From: an uncultured Phycisphaeraceae bacterium
GTDB lineage: Bacteria > Planctomycetota > Phycisphaerae > Phycisphaerales > UBA1924
Assembly: GCA_964577425.1 (NCBI GenBank)
Contig: CAZNZC010000003.1
Location: forward strand, 73,803-137,802
Length of the DNA stretch: 64,000 bases
Direction: 5' to 3'
Made by a program: the position numbers and the translations under genes. Below, piece by piece: positions 63,224 through 64,000 of the stretch (positions are counted from its first letter, which is position 1; each line of letters opens with the position of its first letter). A model generated the notes under the pieces. It saw only the letters and a program-made list of their open reading frames with translations. It had not been told where the DNA came from and made no database searches.

Positions 63224-64000
63224 ATGGCCAGACCCCCCCACGCACACCCGCTCGCACGATGGTCCCTGCCGCTGGCGGTCGGGACGCTCCTCGTGACGGC
63301 GGTGCTGCCGATCCGCTGGCTGGGGTGGGCTGGCTGGTTCTCCGCCCAGGCCTTCGTCGTCGTCTCTCCCATCGCGCACCCCATCACCCGCGCCGTCGAT
63401 CTGCTCATCCCCGCGTCCCGCGCGGGGACCGAAGCCACCGACCGCGAACGCACCCTCCGCGACGAGCTCGAACGGGTCCGCGTCCGCCTGCTCCAGTCCG
63501 AGCAGCGCGTCGCCGAGATGGAGGGCCTGGTCGAGCAGCTCAGCCGCGGATCGCTGCTGCACCCGGATGTCGAGGTCAGCCAGTTGCCCCGCAGCATCGT
63601 GTCCCAGGCCGGCGAGATGCTGGTGGTCCGCACGGGCACGCACGAGGGGGTCTATCGCGGCGCGGTCATCACCGCCCAGTCCGTCCAGCTCATCGGGCGG
63701 GTGGCCGAGGCCCACGACCGCACCGTGCTCGTCCAGCCGATCACGGCCCGCGGCGCGCTCAAGCTGCTGGGCGTGGTGATCCTCGACGAGCAGTCCGGCC
63801 GGCGCGCCACCTGCGTGCTCGACCCCGCCGGTGACGGCACACTGGTCGGCGAGGTCTCACCCCCCGAGGACGGCCGGGCCGAGGAGATCCAGGTCGGCCA
63901 GACCGTCCGCCTCTTCGACGAGCAGTGGCCCCGCCACGCCCAGATGCTGGTCATCGGCGAGGTGGTGCGCGTCGAGCCGAGCGCCATGCAGCCCCTGCGC
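63224..64000 (+). CDS. mreC: Rod shape-determining protein MreC (3' partial, runs off the window)
   Basis: My own translation from the ATG at 63224 stays open to 64000; the ORF is absent from the track because there is no stop. It has a TM segment (LAVGTLLVTAVL), a coiled coil (LRDELERVRVRLLQSEQRVAEMEGLVEQL), then a beta-rich part (VYRGAVITAQSVQLIGRVAEAHDRTVLVQPI). It sits directly after mreB. Confidence 0.65.
   Translation, partial: MARPPHAHPLARWSLPLAVGTLLVTAVLPIRWLGWAGWFSAQAFVVVSPIAHPITRAVDLLIPASRAGTEATDRERTLRDELERVRVRLLQSEQRVAEMEGLVEQLSRGSLLHPDVEVSQLPRSIVSQAGEMLVVRTGTHEGVYRGAVITAQSVQLIGRVAEAHDRTVLVQPITARGALKLLGVVILDEQSGRRATCVLDPAGDGTLVGEVSPPEDGRAEEIQVGQTVRLFDEQWPRHAQMLVIGEVVRVEPSAMQPLR

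Overview
This is a very GC-rich bacterial chromosomal segment (hand count: 46 of 60 G+C at 21301-21360, inside alaS). I support about 57 protein-coding genes and recognised no rRNA, tRNA or CRISPR array. PEP-CTERM proteins, a GC-type dockerin, an ECF sigma factor next to a Ser/Thr kinase, flagellar genes and dense hairpin repeats suggest Planctomycetota (Phycisphaerae-like), but that is inference only.

Backbone genes:
- fur-like regulator and exbB-exbD-exbD
- tsaE, fliD-fliS, holB, alaS
- a partial atp operon (atpZ/I-like, atpB, E, F, H) that runs into pgk
- mutL, birA, nadC, fabI, sdhCAB, miaB, trpD, mreB and mreC (3' partial)

Main points of interest:
1. A bicistronic module at 11.7-13.5 kb. 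A complete archaeal-type Top6A/Spo11 gene with no Top6B neighbour is translationally coupled to a low-GC 3-TM ORF, and the pair ends in a terminator.
2. A large family of short hairpin modules. It includes REP-like elements with GTAG or GGTG heads and REPIN-like inverted doublets. These fill many intergenic gaps and are also inserted in frame into at least three CDSs: the RlmL-like methyltransferase, a GT-C-like membrane protein and MutL.
3. A roughly 60-nt segment carrying a start codon, repeated at three consecutive minus-strand loci.
4. Several unusual domain arrangements: TsaE fused to a Cys-less YacG-like tail, an ALDH-like protein without its catalytic domain, a Fur-fold protein without metal ligands, a lower-GC in-frame insert in alaS, and G10/G11 tracts in mutL and exbD.

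Long antisense or out-of-frame ORFs in the track are treated as GC-driven artefacts. Start codons are often reassigned and remain uncertain.
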